A DNA stretch of 64,000 nucleotides from Candidatus Poseidoniaceae archaeon (GCA_965662895.1 CBFIJH010000009.1:1-64000); one strand, 5' to 3'. Counted from the first letter of the stretch, positions 48,692 through 59,220 are shown. Translations and numbers: made by a program. Notes: generated from the sequence alone by a model not told the origin.

Positions 48692-51600
48692 CTAATCCTT
48701 CCATTCCATCCAATCGGTTCGTCCAGGTTCTCTGTAGTACCACGTTCCGTCTTCACTCTGAGCCCACTCGGTACCATCGTCCTCGACGCGATAATCTGCC
48801 ATCCAACTCGTGTCTTCTTCCTCGCCTTCATCCTGAGGAACTTCAGGTTCAACCGTTGCCGGTGCAGGGCCGGTTGGTCCAGGTGCTGGTCCAGATGGAC
48901 CGGGTGCTCGACCGCTAGGACCTGGCGCTGGACCTGTCGGTCCACGAGATGCTTGAGATGGTTCATCGTCATCGTCGTCCTCGTAGTCATCATCATCCCA
49001 ATCATCATCTCGACTCGATCGAATCGCCATAACAAGGAGTGCGAGTAGGACGACAACAACCAGAGCGGCGAGTACACCGCCAATGTAGTACAACGTACCT
49101 CCTGCAGCAAAGAATCCTGCGAAGGTTCCTGTAACTTCGATTTCAAAGGCTTCGCTTACCTTGCCCGCAGAGACAGTAAGCGTTTGTGGCCCGCTTTCAA
49201 GCGTCGTGACCGTCCATACACCCTGTTCTGTGGATTCGACGGTCGCACCTCCAGTTGCATCAACTCGTGCGCTGCTTGGAACTGGTATTTGGTTTCCAAA
49301 TCGGTCAAATGCTCGTACAGTAACCTCAACGGAGGCTTGCTGTTCAACTGTGGTTGCAGACAAGTCAACTTCGATGTACTCAACAACCATCTGTGGTGAA
49401 ATCTTGATCTCGAAGGTATTGCTTACACCCTGAACGAAATATTCCATTGTGTGATTGCCCGCAGCAGACGCTTGGTAGGTGTAGGCGCCCGTGCTGTCCG
49501 CTACAGGAATAATTCGGTCGGTTTCTGAACCATCTTCAATCCATTCGACATCTTGGTCGAAGATGTTCCCATCACTGTCTGTTCCAGTGATCGAAATTTC
49601 AATCGATTCTCCAGCATCCTCATCAAATGTATTGAGCACATGATCAAGAGAAACTGGAACTCCGTGGTCAACCGATATGTCAACTGAGCGAGTGTAATTG
49701 AACCCATTTGCATTTTCAACAAAGGCTGTGATTCGATACGTTCCAACGGTCGTAGCGTCCCACTGGTATCCATCGGCAGCAAAGTCTGTCGTGAAATCAA
49801 CAATTTCGCCAGAATCGACATCCTCAAACAACCACGTCAACACGTTCTCGTCAATCGGGTTCAAATCGCCATCACTCAACGAGGTGGAGAAACCAATCGA
49901 TTCATCTGCTGTAATCTCAAACACAGTTCCAGTATCACCGCCGGAAGCAACAGCGTCCATGGTGAAGAATTGTATGGTTCCAACAGAAACCTCAACGTTG
50001 ACAATCTTGCTGAAAAGTTGGCCATTCGAGGTGTATTCAGCACGCAACGTGTATGCTTCGGAAGAGGCGAGAACTGGTCGGAATTCCGTCTCGTCTGAAA
50101 GAGATGTTGAAAGAGCATTCTGATCGTTCCACTCAGGATGAGCAATCGTCCAATTCACGTCGATTGTCCAACGGTTTCCTTTTGCATCGGATGCTTTGGC
50201 TTTCACAATCAGTACATCATCAGAAGTGATGGCAAATGATTCTCCCGCAGCATCTTCAGCATCGACGAGAAGAACCATATCGACCATGACCCCTTTGGTG
50301 ACATTGATGGTGACGGATTCAGTGATGGTCTCATACTGTGCAGTTAGGACGCGTCCACCCAATCCATTCGGCGTCCATACAGCAGGTTGGGTAGGTGCTG
50401 TGGTGAGATTACCATCGTCGACTGAGGTCCAATTTGCATAGGGCAAATCAACCGAAAGTCGGTTGCCTTGTACGTCGATTCGTGTTGTGTTGAGGTAGAC
50501 AACTTCATCTGCAGTGATGTCCCAAGTTGATGGCACTATTTCCAACGATGCCATCGCTCCATGCCCCGTCTGAATGCTTATCGAATCCGACAGCCCAATC
50601 GTCGTGGTGACCGAGAGTTGCCAGGTACCAACCGTATTTGCAAAATACATGTTGCTTGCTTCATTGTACGAACCATCGGTGACGGTGTATGTAAGGACAC
50701 CCGCTTCGCTAAGTGGAATCGTGTTTCCAAACTGATCGTACAGCGTCGTCGTTATTTCACACTCAGTTCCTGCAGGAACCAATCCACTGCAACCCATCAG
50801 AACAACATCGGTTGGAGCGCCCAATTCAACAAGCACGTCGACGACGATGGAGGTTGTACTCCAGTCGACCGTGATGGTTTGAGCACCGACGCTGTACGGC
50901 TGGAAGACGTCACCAAACGTGCCACCCATCGTACCGTTGCTTGGTGTAAAAGTAATGCTTTCACCCGGAACGATGTTGTCGAATTGATCGACGACAATCG
51001 CAGACAACGGCAAGGTCTCATCAGCGGTTATTGTTGCAGTAAGAGGCGTGACTATCAACTCAACCGGAGCACCAGGCGTGACCGTCACGGTTTCATCCTC
51101 ACAAAGAACACCGAAACAGGCTGTGACGGTATGCGTTCCAACAGCATATGGCGTAAACAATCCGGTTGAATCAATTGAACCATTTGTTACCGACCAAACG
51201 ACAGGTACACTCGCAGCGAGTGCATTGTAATCAAACGTCGAAGCGCTAAACTGGACCGTCGAATCAGCGTCTGTGGTTGATGTTGCAGGTGAAATAGTGA
51301 TGGAATCAATATCGGTATAATTCATCAGCAGGAGCGGACGATTTGCTTCAGTTGCATCACTGTTGTCGGCAAAATCTGCTTCCATCCAGCCTTGAGTCGG
51401 TGTTCCGATAATCACCCAGCTATGAACACCGTCGATGTACATCATACGGTGGCCCAAATCGAACAGGATTGAGGTTCCAGAAGCTTGCGAATTGCTGATG
51501 AAGACCGTGTCGAGAGGTGTTGCATCATAATCAACACCCGCCTGCATGCCTTGAGCAGCCCACATTCCAGTTCCAGTCCCGTTCCATGTCGCTGTTGATT

Positions 51601-54600
51601 CTGACCAGCCTGAGGTGATGACTCGATGCACTGAGAACGTCATTCCTGTCGCACCAGCGCCGTAATTCAAATCCTCGAGGTACATGCTCAAAACGACGGA
51701 ATGTACGTTCATGTTCGAATTCAATGGAACCTGTCCGAAATCAGCACTGAGGAGCAAACGGTACTCATCCTGCGAAGCGTCAACACCAATCACGTTGGTG
51801 TTCCCATCGAGGTTGGAATCAGGGAGTCCACTGAAGATGGAAACATCTTCGACCTTGGTATGTGCAAGTTCTTCAATTTCGTTTCCAGTTTGGAATTTGT
51901 ACGTCCACGTGTGGTCGTTGTTGTCCGAGGTTTGCGGATCACCTACACCAACAATCCAACGTGATGACGATGGTCCTGGAATCGATCCGTTCACCGCTTG
52001 GACCCACCATTCAAAGGTTGATCCTGGTTTTGCTGAATCTGCAAAAGTGAAACTTGTTCCAGAAATCTGACTTGACGTCGCAGACCTGAATGTGTACTGT
52101 CCTGTTTCGTTTCGTATGGTGACAACGTAGCCCGTCGCTCCCGTAACTGCGTTCCAGGTCAGTGTGGGCTTGTCGATTGAAGCCAACATATCTGATGACG
52201 TATCGTAAAGAATTCCGCCATCGACCGGAGAGAGAAGAGTCGGTTGTCCCGGTGGAACAATTCCATCAACGTTGTCAACGTAGTCGATTCGAAGTGTTGG
52301 GCGCAGAGACTCCGTTGCGTATTCACCAGAGGCAAATGTATGGAAGCTGCCTCCCGAACCAACAGCCTTGAGTTGGATGGTCATCGTGAGGTTGCCGTTT
52401 GCAATGTTCGACTGTGCGAGCGAAGTGATGTCCCATTCAAGCCATCCCGATGGAGGTGTAACAGAAAGCGTCGAACGTGTGATTTCTGTAGCACTACATG
52501 CAGGTGGTTGGAGTGCAGTGACACTCGATTCTGTAAAGCTCGAACAAGCGTGAGCGCTCACCGTAAGTGGAGAGACACCAGCGACTTGCGTTCGATACAA
52601 TCGAAGCATGGTCGAAGTCGGCGTCATTGCACTTGGCCAAGGCATCTGCGAGAGATCGTATTCAATGAAAATCTCATGGTCACCTGATGAACTTGCACCC
52701 AATTTGAGTGTCGTACTACTACCGTAATTTGTGTTCAATGCAGAAGAAACGGTATGTGTATCTGGAGCTGCTGGTAGCAATCCCGTATTGGAGAAAATCG
52801 AACCACTCGAGAGATTCACCGTGTGATTCCCTGCGCCATCATCGTAGCCTTGGTCATCAGGTACTCGGTATGTGTTGACTTGCGACCATTCGCCCCATCG
52901 AAGGTAATCGCCTACAACTTGTTGATACGACAACACCTGCCAGTAAATCCACTGATCTCCAGAACTGATGTTGAGCGCTCTAAGCGTGGAATTTTGTGCA
53001 TCCCAGACAAGGTCATCCGCCTCACTCAGTGCAGTGGCGTTTTGTGTATCCAAACAACTGCGATCGTAAATCATGCGGGGATCAGAGGCACTGCATATGT
53101 AGAAACCTGTTTGGTTGGTGGACGGTGGCATCCAAGAGATGTTCACGTGGTCCGCTCCAGCAGGTCTTGGAGATGACATGTTCCAAAGGGTTGAACCGTC
53201 AGCAGGCAGCAAACCTGTTGGACTGGAATCGACGTAGGCATTTGTCATTCGATACGTGATGTTCAGAGACGGACGAAGTGCTGTGCTTGCCTCGTTGCTC
53301 GAATAGAAATCGAGTCGGCCGTCAACATTGCTGTTGTTTTCTTCCGCTTGGACAAGGAAGTGAAGCGTTGTCAAACCGTTCGCAACTGCTTGTTGAAGCA
53401 TGAGGGTAATGTCTCCACGCTGTGTTGCATTCGATGAATCAAGCAAGCCTGCTCCCTCGAGTGGGATATCAGTATCAGATGAATGATAAGCACCAGGAGC
53501 GTTCCAAAGCGTTGAGCTCGTAGCATTGTTCCAGTTGGCATCACCATCGAAGGCGGTATTGAGTACCGATGCACTCCACCACACTTCGCCATAACTCGTC
53601 GACTTCGAATTCAACGTGAAGAAGGCATCCATAATCTCGTAATTTCCGTTGATGGGTAACGTTGTCAAGTCAACGGAAACGATGAACGACGATCGTTGTG
53701 AAGTACTCGGTGTGGAGGGTGAACGACCCACACTTATTGTCCCAGAGTTGTAGAGATTCGAGTTCGGTGAAGCGGAGTCAAGCGTTGTATCCGTGATGAA
53801 TCCTGACGGCTCGTTCAGATCAGGCATGAACCCTCCTTCTGTGACGTTGATGTAGCCCCATGTACTGTTGATTTCGTTTCCAATATCATTCGGAATGTGG
53901 AAAACGGAACTTGTTGAGCGAGGCCCAAGCATGCTGTTGTTGATGGGTTGCACGAACCATCGTATGCTTTGATTCGTTGAAAGATCACTTGGAGGTTGGA
54001 AGGAAAGATTCTGTAGGTCAAAGAGATTGCTTTGTTCCCTCGAATCGTACGTTGTGAATCCTTCCATGATATCAGCAGCGTCTTCCTGGATGAAGAATCT
54101 CCAAGCTTCAACATTCGCAGCATTGCTGTGCGTCCATGAAATGGCCGGGCGTGTTGAAGGTTCTGGGACGTGCCCGCTCAAATTCCAAGCAATCGAACCA
54201 TCGGCTGGTAAAGCATTGCTCGCTGCGACAGTTGGTATCGGTGCGAGACCATCGCTCCATGTGAGGTTGAGCCAAGGTCGGTCGGAGGCTGCTCCCTCGG
54301 TGCTTGTGAAGGTAACCAATCCTGTGGACGAATCACTCGCCATTAATGCAACAGAAAGGTAGGAATCACCATTGGCAAGTGCAGCCTGCACAAGTTCTGT
54401 GACATCCCATTCCATCCAGTTGCCGGAGGTCGATGTGGCAATGTCGCTCAGTGAACCGACATCTGACCCGATGGCACGTCCACCATCTGTTGTCCAGTTG
54501 TTGGTGCCATCGTATGAGGAATTGTTGAGTTGGGTCGTCCAAGGTTGCAAAACTGGGCGGACGGCGATTTTCACATCTGTACCCGATCCAAGCTGAGGTA

Positions 54601-57600
54601 AGAGTGAAAGTTCCGCATGCGTCACTCTCGCGTTGGAGGGCGATGGGATTTGGTTGAGTGGAATCTTGAGCAGTGCACTCGCATGATGTCCGCTCGACAA
54701 CGTCCCAACTTTCAAAGAAGGTGAAGACGAGTAATTTTGCTGACCTTCAAAGCCGCCATCAGCAAGCCATGTGTCAACAAAGTGTGGCAGGAGTAAATCA
54801 GGCATTGCATCGTGGTGACGTAGTTCAACGGCAGCCTCGGTCGAAGATAGGTTCCACGTTGTCAGGGAGGGGAGTTTGAAGTGGAAGGTGTTGGACCAAT
54901 TACCGAGTTGATTGGTTGATGAAATAGCACGCACTCTCCAATACCAAATTTTTCCATCGTCCAAATCCGATGTTGGAGTGAAAGATTTGTTGGCCACGTC
55001 AAATCCTGAGTTTGACCATGATGTTTCAATGGTCATGTTGGCGCTGTTGAAGGTAGCAACATCGTCCATTTGGATAGCATAACCACTCACACTGACCGCA
55101 GAGGATTGGGTCCAATTCATCGTCGGCCGATCGAGAGGTTCAGGATTAATGCCGTCTTTGACGCTCCAAGACCCATTGAGTGGCAGAACCGGGACCGGTT
55201 CAATTGGAACCGCATCGGAACCAGGTACATACACAAAGGTCAATTCAGGCCGCTTGGATTCAATTGCAGAGCCTGTATGGAGAAGTACGTCACGTGTTTG
55301 ACCAGTTCCAGCACCGATGACGCCAAGAATGAAATCGGCAGAGTGGTTTTCCCGCATCGCGTTCTGAACGGCGAGTGTCACGTTCCACGTTGCTGAGGAA
55401 CTTGAAGTAAATCCTGAACCGATTGTGGTTGTGTCAAGAAGAGAGCCACGGTCTGACCCCTTCGCACCGGCTGTTGACCACAAATTTGTACCGTCGTACG
55501 TCGACCAGGTCGCTCCTTCTTGCGTCCAATTATTTCTCTGATTTTCCCATGCACCAACAATTGGTGTACCGGTCGGACTTTCTTGGAGATACACCTCAAG
55601 TTGAGCTGATTCAACAGCATAACCTGCAGGAAGGAAGGTGGTCGAAAGATCGCAGCCAAACAATACCGTTGTCTCTGAAGGGTAGGTGTTGTAGGAAATC
55701 TGCAATTCCTCTTCCGAACCATAGTTCGAATTTGGTTGACCCGAATCGATGTAGGCATCTGCACAATGTGGATACAGCCCGTCGGAACTCGCATTTCCTT
55801 GCTTAAGCCTAAACTCATATCGGTCTCCACCAAGCCATGTCGAGCTCAATGCACTGATGAGGAAGGAAGATGAGGACCACTCTCCATGACGCCCGTTGGA
55901 GTCGACGTGAAGCATACGCCAGTGGTACATGTGCCCTGTCTCGAGAACGTTTTCACCATCAAAGGTAAACTCACCGTCGGAGACAACAAGATTGTTATCG
56001 ATGCGTGTATCGAGTCTCAGAACCCTGTCGTGGAAGGACGATTCTGTTGAAATCTCAAGAATCATATCGTACGTTGATGATGTCGACGACTGCCAACCAA
56101 TTGTTGGGGTTTGATTGCCCGTGAAGTTATGCCCTGATTGATTCCAAAGGGTTTCTCCATCCCATGGAGTTGTTAATGCAGGTGCAACGGTGACTGGAGC
56201 CGACCAATCGTAGGTGATGTACAATTTCGGTTTGTTGGAATCCAGCATCGAATCGGATGAATGGAATTCGAACGAATCAAGGCCACTACTCACCGCATAG
56301 TCACCATTGGCCGAACGTGCTGTCAATGCGAGGTCAATTGAATCAGGACCGCTGGTGTCCAAATGCTGCTGGAGCATACTCGTCATGTCAAATGAAAATT
56401 GATCGCTGGATTGGGCGCCATCAACCCCTGAATCGCTCGCAAGCCCGATTGAGCCTCGCCCACCATCGGTCCACGTTTGGCCTGATGTAGGGCGGCGCCA
56501 TGTGACCTCGTTTTCAACCCACAGATCAACGGAATCCATTTGGTGCAGAGCGAGTGTTGGCGAACCTACTGTGGATACGCGGGTCAAATTCAACGAGGCA
56601 TCAAGAATCGAGGCGTTTGAATGCAAGCCTAAACGATCAAAATTTATCCTGAAGTGTGAGATTGACTCACGGGATGTTGTGACTTGCGTTTTGAGTGTCA
56701 TCGAAGACCCGTAATTCACGTTCTTGTTGTCCTCATCAACGTATGCATCTTCAATAAAATCCACATCTGTTGAAAGATCGTTCGAATCAACAATGATTGT
56801 TGCTGAACCATTGGCATTGGCGATGACGTTATGCGAAGGTAGGAAGAAAAATCCACTCGTCCATGGTCCGAGGATTCCAGTTGAATCCATTGCTCGCATA
56901 CGATAGTGCATTTCAGTCCCATTGTCAAATGCATCGGATTGAGGAATTGTGAGTGAACCCGTCGCTCCCGTTATCGAAAAACTGCCAGTATTGATATTGG
57001 AATTGTAAAGCCAGTTGTAATCGTCTTGTGCGTCTTTAAATCCATCATTGAGCGACAATTGAACCTCTGCCAGACTGCCTGAATACGACGTCCAAGTCAT
57101 TGTCGGTGTCAAGTCTGCTGTGAGGATAAAATCTCCTTTCATCAGAGGCTTTCCATCTTGAACGAAGTTCGGAGAAATAGCTCCCCCAGTTCCCGGAGCG
57201 GTTGGCGTCGCATCCACAGCTAGGGATGGGCGATTTGCCGCGTTTGGGCCTTCACTCATCGTGCAGTTGTGTTGTGAGCCGTGAGCAGATATGACCAAAC
57301 CAAAGTTTGTTGCGCTGGATGCAACAGCAGATTGCAAAAGGGCAGTGACGTTTAACTGAATGAGATTTGAACCTCCTCCAGACCCTAAAGACGGTGTAAC
57401 GGCAGGAGGTTCCCAATCACTACGATCGTTCCCATCCTCAGCACCGTTACTGTTCCATGGAGCCAAACCATTGCGAGTGTTCCAGGTCGCATTTGCGTCC
57501 CAAGCGATTTTTGTCGAGGCGGGATAGACTCCCAAAGGATTCGACGCCCCCCCAACCGTACAAAACAGCTCCAAAGTGGCTGAATGAATTGTATCCGTCG

Positions 57601-57883
57601 TTGCGTAATTGTTCGGGAAGGAGATCAAAATTCGAGCATCACTGCTACCTGAAACGCCAAGCAGTGCCGAGGCAGCGGTTGGATAAGCGAGAGTAGGATT
57701 TGCTGAATCGATGTACGTATCGACCTGCGGACCAATAATTGTAATCGAGTGTTGTATTGTAGGCTCATCATCAAGAAGATCTGGAGCGGGGAATGCAGAA
57801 GGAACAAAGACATCTGCAAAAAGGAACATCAGAATTAGAGTAACTGCAGTGAAAACATTTCGGTTTGTGGCATTTTGTCTCAT
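48692..57883 (-). CDS. giant surface protein with seven DNRLRE-type modules alternating with Fn3-like domains, Ig-like stalk and TM anchor
   Basis: Seven modules, each opening with a D-x-x-I/V-type motif (DTYIDS, DAYVDE, DAYIDS, DTWLAD, DTTLDS, DTHTVS, DVSIFS) and closing R/KP.L; W.VRA/Q.. Fn3 strands; TM, acidic and Pro-Gly tail. Likely start 57883. Confidence 0.85.
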   Translation of the reverse strand: MRQNATNRNVFTAVTLILMFLFADVFVPSAFPAPDLLDDEPTIQHSITIIGPQVDTYIDSANPTLAYPTAASALLGVSGSSDARILISFPNNYATTDTIHSATLELFCTVGGASNPLGVYPASTKIAWDANATWNTRNGLAPWNSNGAEDGNDRSDWEPPAVTPSLGSGGGSNLIQLNVTALLQSAVASSATNFGLVISAHGSQHNCTMSEGPNAANRPSLAVDATPTAPGTGGAISPNFVQDGKPLMKGDFILTADLTPTMTWTSYSGSLAEVQLSLNDGFKDAQDDYNWLYNSNINTGSFSITGATGSLTIPQSDAFDNGTEMHYRMRAMDSTGILGPWTSGFFFLPSHNVIANANGSATIIVDSNDLSTDVDFIEDAYVDEDNKNVNYGSSMTLKTQVTTSRESISHFRINFDRLGLHSNASILDASLNLTRVSTVGSPTLALHQMDSVDLWVENEVTWRRPTSGQTWTDGGRGSIGLASDSGVDGAQSSDQFSFDMTSMLQQHLDTSGPDSIDLALTARSANGDYAVSSGLDSFEFHSSDSMLDSNKPKLYITYDWSAPVTVAPALTTPWDGETLWNQSGHNFTGNQTPTIGWQSSTSSTYDMILEISTESSFHDRVLRLDTRIDNNLVVSDGEFTFDGENVLETGHMYHWRMLHVDSNGRHGEWSSSSFLISALSSTWLGGDRYEFRLKQGNASSDGLYPHCADAYIDSGQPNSNYGSEEELQISYNTYPSETTVLFGCDLSTTFLPAGYAVESAQLEVYLQESPTGTPIVGAWENQRNNWTQEGATWSTYDGTNLWSTAGAKGSDRGSLLDTTTIGSGFTSSSSATWNVTLAVQNAMRENHSADFILGVIGAGTGQTRDVLLHTGSAIESKRPELTFVYVPGSDAVPIEPVPVLPLNGSWSVKDGINPEPLDRPTMNWTQSSAVSVSGYAIQMDDVATFNSANMTIETSWSNSGFDVANKSFTPTSDLDDGKIWYWRVRAISSTNQLGNWSNTFHFKLPSLTTWNLSSTEAAVELRHHDAMPDLLLPHFVDTWLADGGFEGQQNYSSSPSLKVGTLSSGHHASALLKIPLNQIPSPSNARVTHAELSLLPQLGSGTDVKIAVRPVLQPWTTQLNNSSYDGTNNWTTDGGRAIGSDVGSLSDIATSTSGNWMEWDVTELVQAALANGDSYLSVALMASDSSTGLVTFTSTEGAASDRPWLNLTWSDGLAPIPTVAASNALPADGSIAWNLSGHVPEPSTRPAISWTHSNAANVEAWRFFIQEDAADIMEGFTTYDSREQSNLFDLQNLSFQPPSDLSTNQSIRWFVQPINNSMLGPRSTSSVFHIPNDIGNEINSTWGYINVTEGGFMPDLNEPSGFITDTTLDSASPNSNLYNSGTISVGRSPSTPSTSQRSSFIVSVDLTTLPINGNYEIMDAFFTLNSKSTSYGEVWWSASVLNTAFDGDANWNNATSSTLWNAPGAYHSSDTDIPLEGAGLLDSSNATQRGDITLMLQQAVANGLTTLHFLVQAEENNSNVDGRLDFYSSNEASTALRPSLNITYRMTNAYVDSSPTGLLPADGSTLWNMSSPRPAGADHVNISWMPPSTNQTGFYICSASDPRMIYDRSCLDTQNATALSEADDLVWDAQNSTLRALNISSGDQWIYWQVLSYQQVVGDYLRWGEWSQVNTYRVPDDQGYDDGAGNHTVNLSSGSIFSNTGLLPAAPDTHTVSSALNTNYGSSTTLKLGASSSGDHEIFIEYDLSQMPWPSAMTPTSTMLRLYRTQVAGVSPLTVSAHACSSFTESSVTALQPPACSATEITRSTLSVTPPSGWLEWDITSLAQSNIANGNLTMTIQLKAVGSGGSFHTFASGEYATESLRPTLRIDYVDNVDGIVPPGQPTLLSPVDGGILYDTSSDMLASIDKPTLTWNAVTGATGYVVTIRNETGQYTFRSATSSQISGTSFTFADSAKPGSTFEWWVQAVNGSIPGPSSSRWIVGVGDPQTSDNNDHTWTYKFQTGNEIEELAHTKVEDVSIFSGLPDSNLDGNTNVIGVDASQDEYRLLLSADFGQVPLNSNMNVHSVVLSMYLEDLNYGAGATGMTFSVHRVITSGWSESTATWNGTGTGMWAAQGMQAGVDYDATPLDTVFISNSQASGTSILFDLGHRMMYIDGVHSWVIIGTPTQGWMEADFADNSDATEANRPLLLMNYTDIDSITISPATSTTDADSTVQFSASTFDYNALAASVPVVWSVTNGSIDSTGLFTPYAVGTHTVTACFGVLCEDETVTVTPGAPVELIVTPLTATITADETLPLSAIVVDQFDNIVPGESITFTPSNGTMGGTFGDVFQPYSVGAQTITVDWSTTSIVVDVLVELGAPTDVVLMGCSGLVPAGTECEITTTLYDQFGNTIPLSEAGVLTYTVTDGSYNEASNMYFANTVGTWQLSVTTTIGLSDSISIQTGHGAMASLEIVPSTWDITADEVVYLNTTRIDVQGNRLSVDLPYANWTSVDDGNLTTAPTQPAVWTPNGLGGRVLTAQYETITESVTINVTKGVMVDMVLLVDAEDAAGESFAITSDDVLIVKAKASDAKGNRWTIDVNWTIAHPEWNDQNALSTSLSDETEFRPVLASSEAYTLRAEYTSNGQLFSKIVNVEVSVGTIQFFTMDAVASGGDTGTVFEITADESIGFSTSLSDGDLNPIDENVLTWLFEDVDSGEIVDFTTDFAADGYQWDATTVGTYRITAFVENANGFNYTRSVDISVDHGVPVSLDHVLNTFDEDAGESIEISITGTDSDGNIFDQDVEWIEDGSETDRIIPVADSTGAYTYQASAAGNHTMEYFVQGVSNTFEIKISPQMVVEYIEVDLSATTVEQQASVEVTVRAFDRFGNQIPVPSSARVDATGGATVESTEQGVWTVTTLESGPQTLTVSAGKVSEAFEIEVTGTFAGFFAAGGTLYYIGGVLAALVVVVLLALLVMAIRSSRDDDWDDDDYEDDDDDEPSQASRGPTGPAPGPSGRAPGPSGPAPGPTGPAPATVEPEVPQDEGEEEDTSWMADYRVEDDGTEWAQSEDGTWYYREPGRTDWMEWKD
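48860..48945 (-). repeat. Pro-Gly low-complexity coding repeat (GPTGPAPGPSGRAPGPSGPAPGPTGPAP)
   Basis: Degenerate 21-nt tandem units in the cytoplasmic tail of the giant protein. Confidence 0.7.
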
Positions 57884-57931
57884 GGCGCTCGTTCGACCTA
57901 AGATGTGCAAGGTTATGACTGATTCGGCGTA

Positions 57932-57951
57932 CGCCCCCCTAAAGGGGGGCG
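57932..57951. other. perfect GC-rich inverted repeat CGCCCCCC-TAAA-GGGGGGCG
   Basis: 8-bp stem with 4-nt loop in the divergent intergenic region; function unknown. Confidence 0.6.
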
Positions 57952-58013
57952 AAAAATCCGCCTCAAAAAAAACAAACCGAATGTTGAAAGATGCTCGCCA
58001 TTCTCTTGGATTT

Positions 58014-58973
58014 ATGAGCGAACTGTGGGTTGAACGACATCGCCCTCAGAGCGTTGATGAAATCCGAGGACAAGCATCCGTCGTGAGCCGATTAACGGTG
58101 TATGCGGAACACAAAGAATTCCCGCACCTCCTCTTCGCAGGACCACCTGGCACTGGAAAAACCACAGCAGCAATGGCGCTCACCAAAGACGTCTTCGGGG
58201 AACATTACCGTGACAACCTCCTCGAAATGAATGCGTCGGACGAACGTGGTTTGGACAAAATTCGCTCGAAGGTAAAGCAATTTGCACGAACACAACCATA
58301 CGGAGATGCGAAATTCAAGATCATTTTTCTTGACGAATCCGATGCGCTCACCAACGATGCACAGGGTGCGCTGCGTCGTATTATGGAACAATATGCTGAA
58401 ACGTGCAGATTCATCCTCTCATGCAATTACTCATCAAAAGTGATTGAACCAATTCAATCGAGATGCGCAGTCTTCCGATTCCGGCCGTTGGCCGATTCTG
58501 AAGTACTCGATCAGGTCAAGCATGTAGCAAAGCAAGAAAATGTTGTCCTGGAGGACGATGCAGCCGAAGCACTCGCAAGGATTGCTCAGGGAGACTTGAG
58601 GCGGGCAATTACTGCCCTTCAGGTGTCGGCAGCGATTAGTGAGAAAATTACGCGCTCAATTGTTTACGAGACCTCAGCGACTGCGCCACCGGAAGCCCTC
58701 CATCAGTACATCTTGGCTTGCAAAGACGATGGTTTTCATGTTGCTCGTCGACGTTTGCAAGAACTTCTGAACAAATATGGGCTTGCTGGTACGGATTTCG
58801 TCGGTCAACTGCATCGCGAACTGTACAATGTGGATTTCATTTCTGAAATGGAGAAGCTTGACTTAACCGAAATCATGGCTGAAATCGATTATCGGCTCGT
58901 CGAGGGCGGTGGCGAAAAAATCCAATTGGATGCAATGACTGCTAAACTCGTTTCGATGCTTCGAAACCATTAG
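58014..58973 (+). CDS. rfcS: replication factor C small subunit
   Basis: WVERHRP, GPPGTGKTT, LEMNASDERG, FLDESD, ILSCNY, IQSRC, GDLR. Start 58014. Confidence 0.96.
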   Translation: MSELWVERHRPQSVDEIRGQASVVSRLTVYAEHKEFPHLLFAGPPGTGKTTAAMALTKDVFGEHYRDNLLEMNASDERGLDKIRSKVKQFARTQPYGDAKFKIIFLDESDALTNDAQGALRRIMEQYAETCRFILSCNYSSKVIEPIQSRCAVFRFRPLADSEVLDQVKHVAKQENVVLEDDAAEALARIAQGDLRRAITALQVSAAISEKITRSIVYETSATAPPEALHQYILACKDDGFHVARRRLQELLNKYGLAGTDFVGQLHRELYNVDFISEMEKLDLTEIMAEIDYRLVEGGGEKIQLDAMTAKLVSMLRNH

Positions 58974-59043
58974 TTTCATTTCACTTTCACTTTTCAAAAA
59001 GCCCCAGCAACATCAACCTAGTCACGAAACGATTGGCCAGGAC

Positions 59044-59220
59044 ATGAACAAAACATTGGATGCACTCCTCGATGCCCTGTCATGGACACCTCTGGCCCGA
59101 TTTATTCGAACGTATCGATTGCAACAAATGAATGAACGAACTGCAAAACTCCGTATGTCAAAAAAAATCGACTCAGTGTTTGAACGAATTCTCAGACGTC
59201 ATTCCGATTTGTTGTCTTGA
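59044..59220 (+). CDS. possible small basic protein (58 aa)
   Basis: MNKTLDALLDALSWTPLARFIRTYRLQQMNERTAKLRMSKKIDSVFERILRRHSDLLS fills an otherwise empty gap; AGG upstream. Confidence 0.4.
   Translation: MNKTLDALLDALSWTPLARFIRTYRLQQMNERTAKLRMSKKIDSVFERILRRHSDLLS

Noticed and set aside
48692-57883. Many 60-200 aa plus-strand ORFs within the giant gene (and similar antisense ORFs elsewhere)
   Set aside because: Antisense shadows of long coding frames with no recognisable motifs.
57711-58013. 101-aa N-terminal extension of RFC small subunit (possible intein or extra domain)
   Set aside because: It overlaps the opposite-strand giant gene and the promoter. RFC motifs start at MSELWVE, and no intein motifs are seen.
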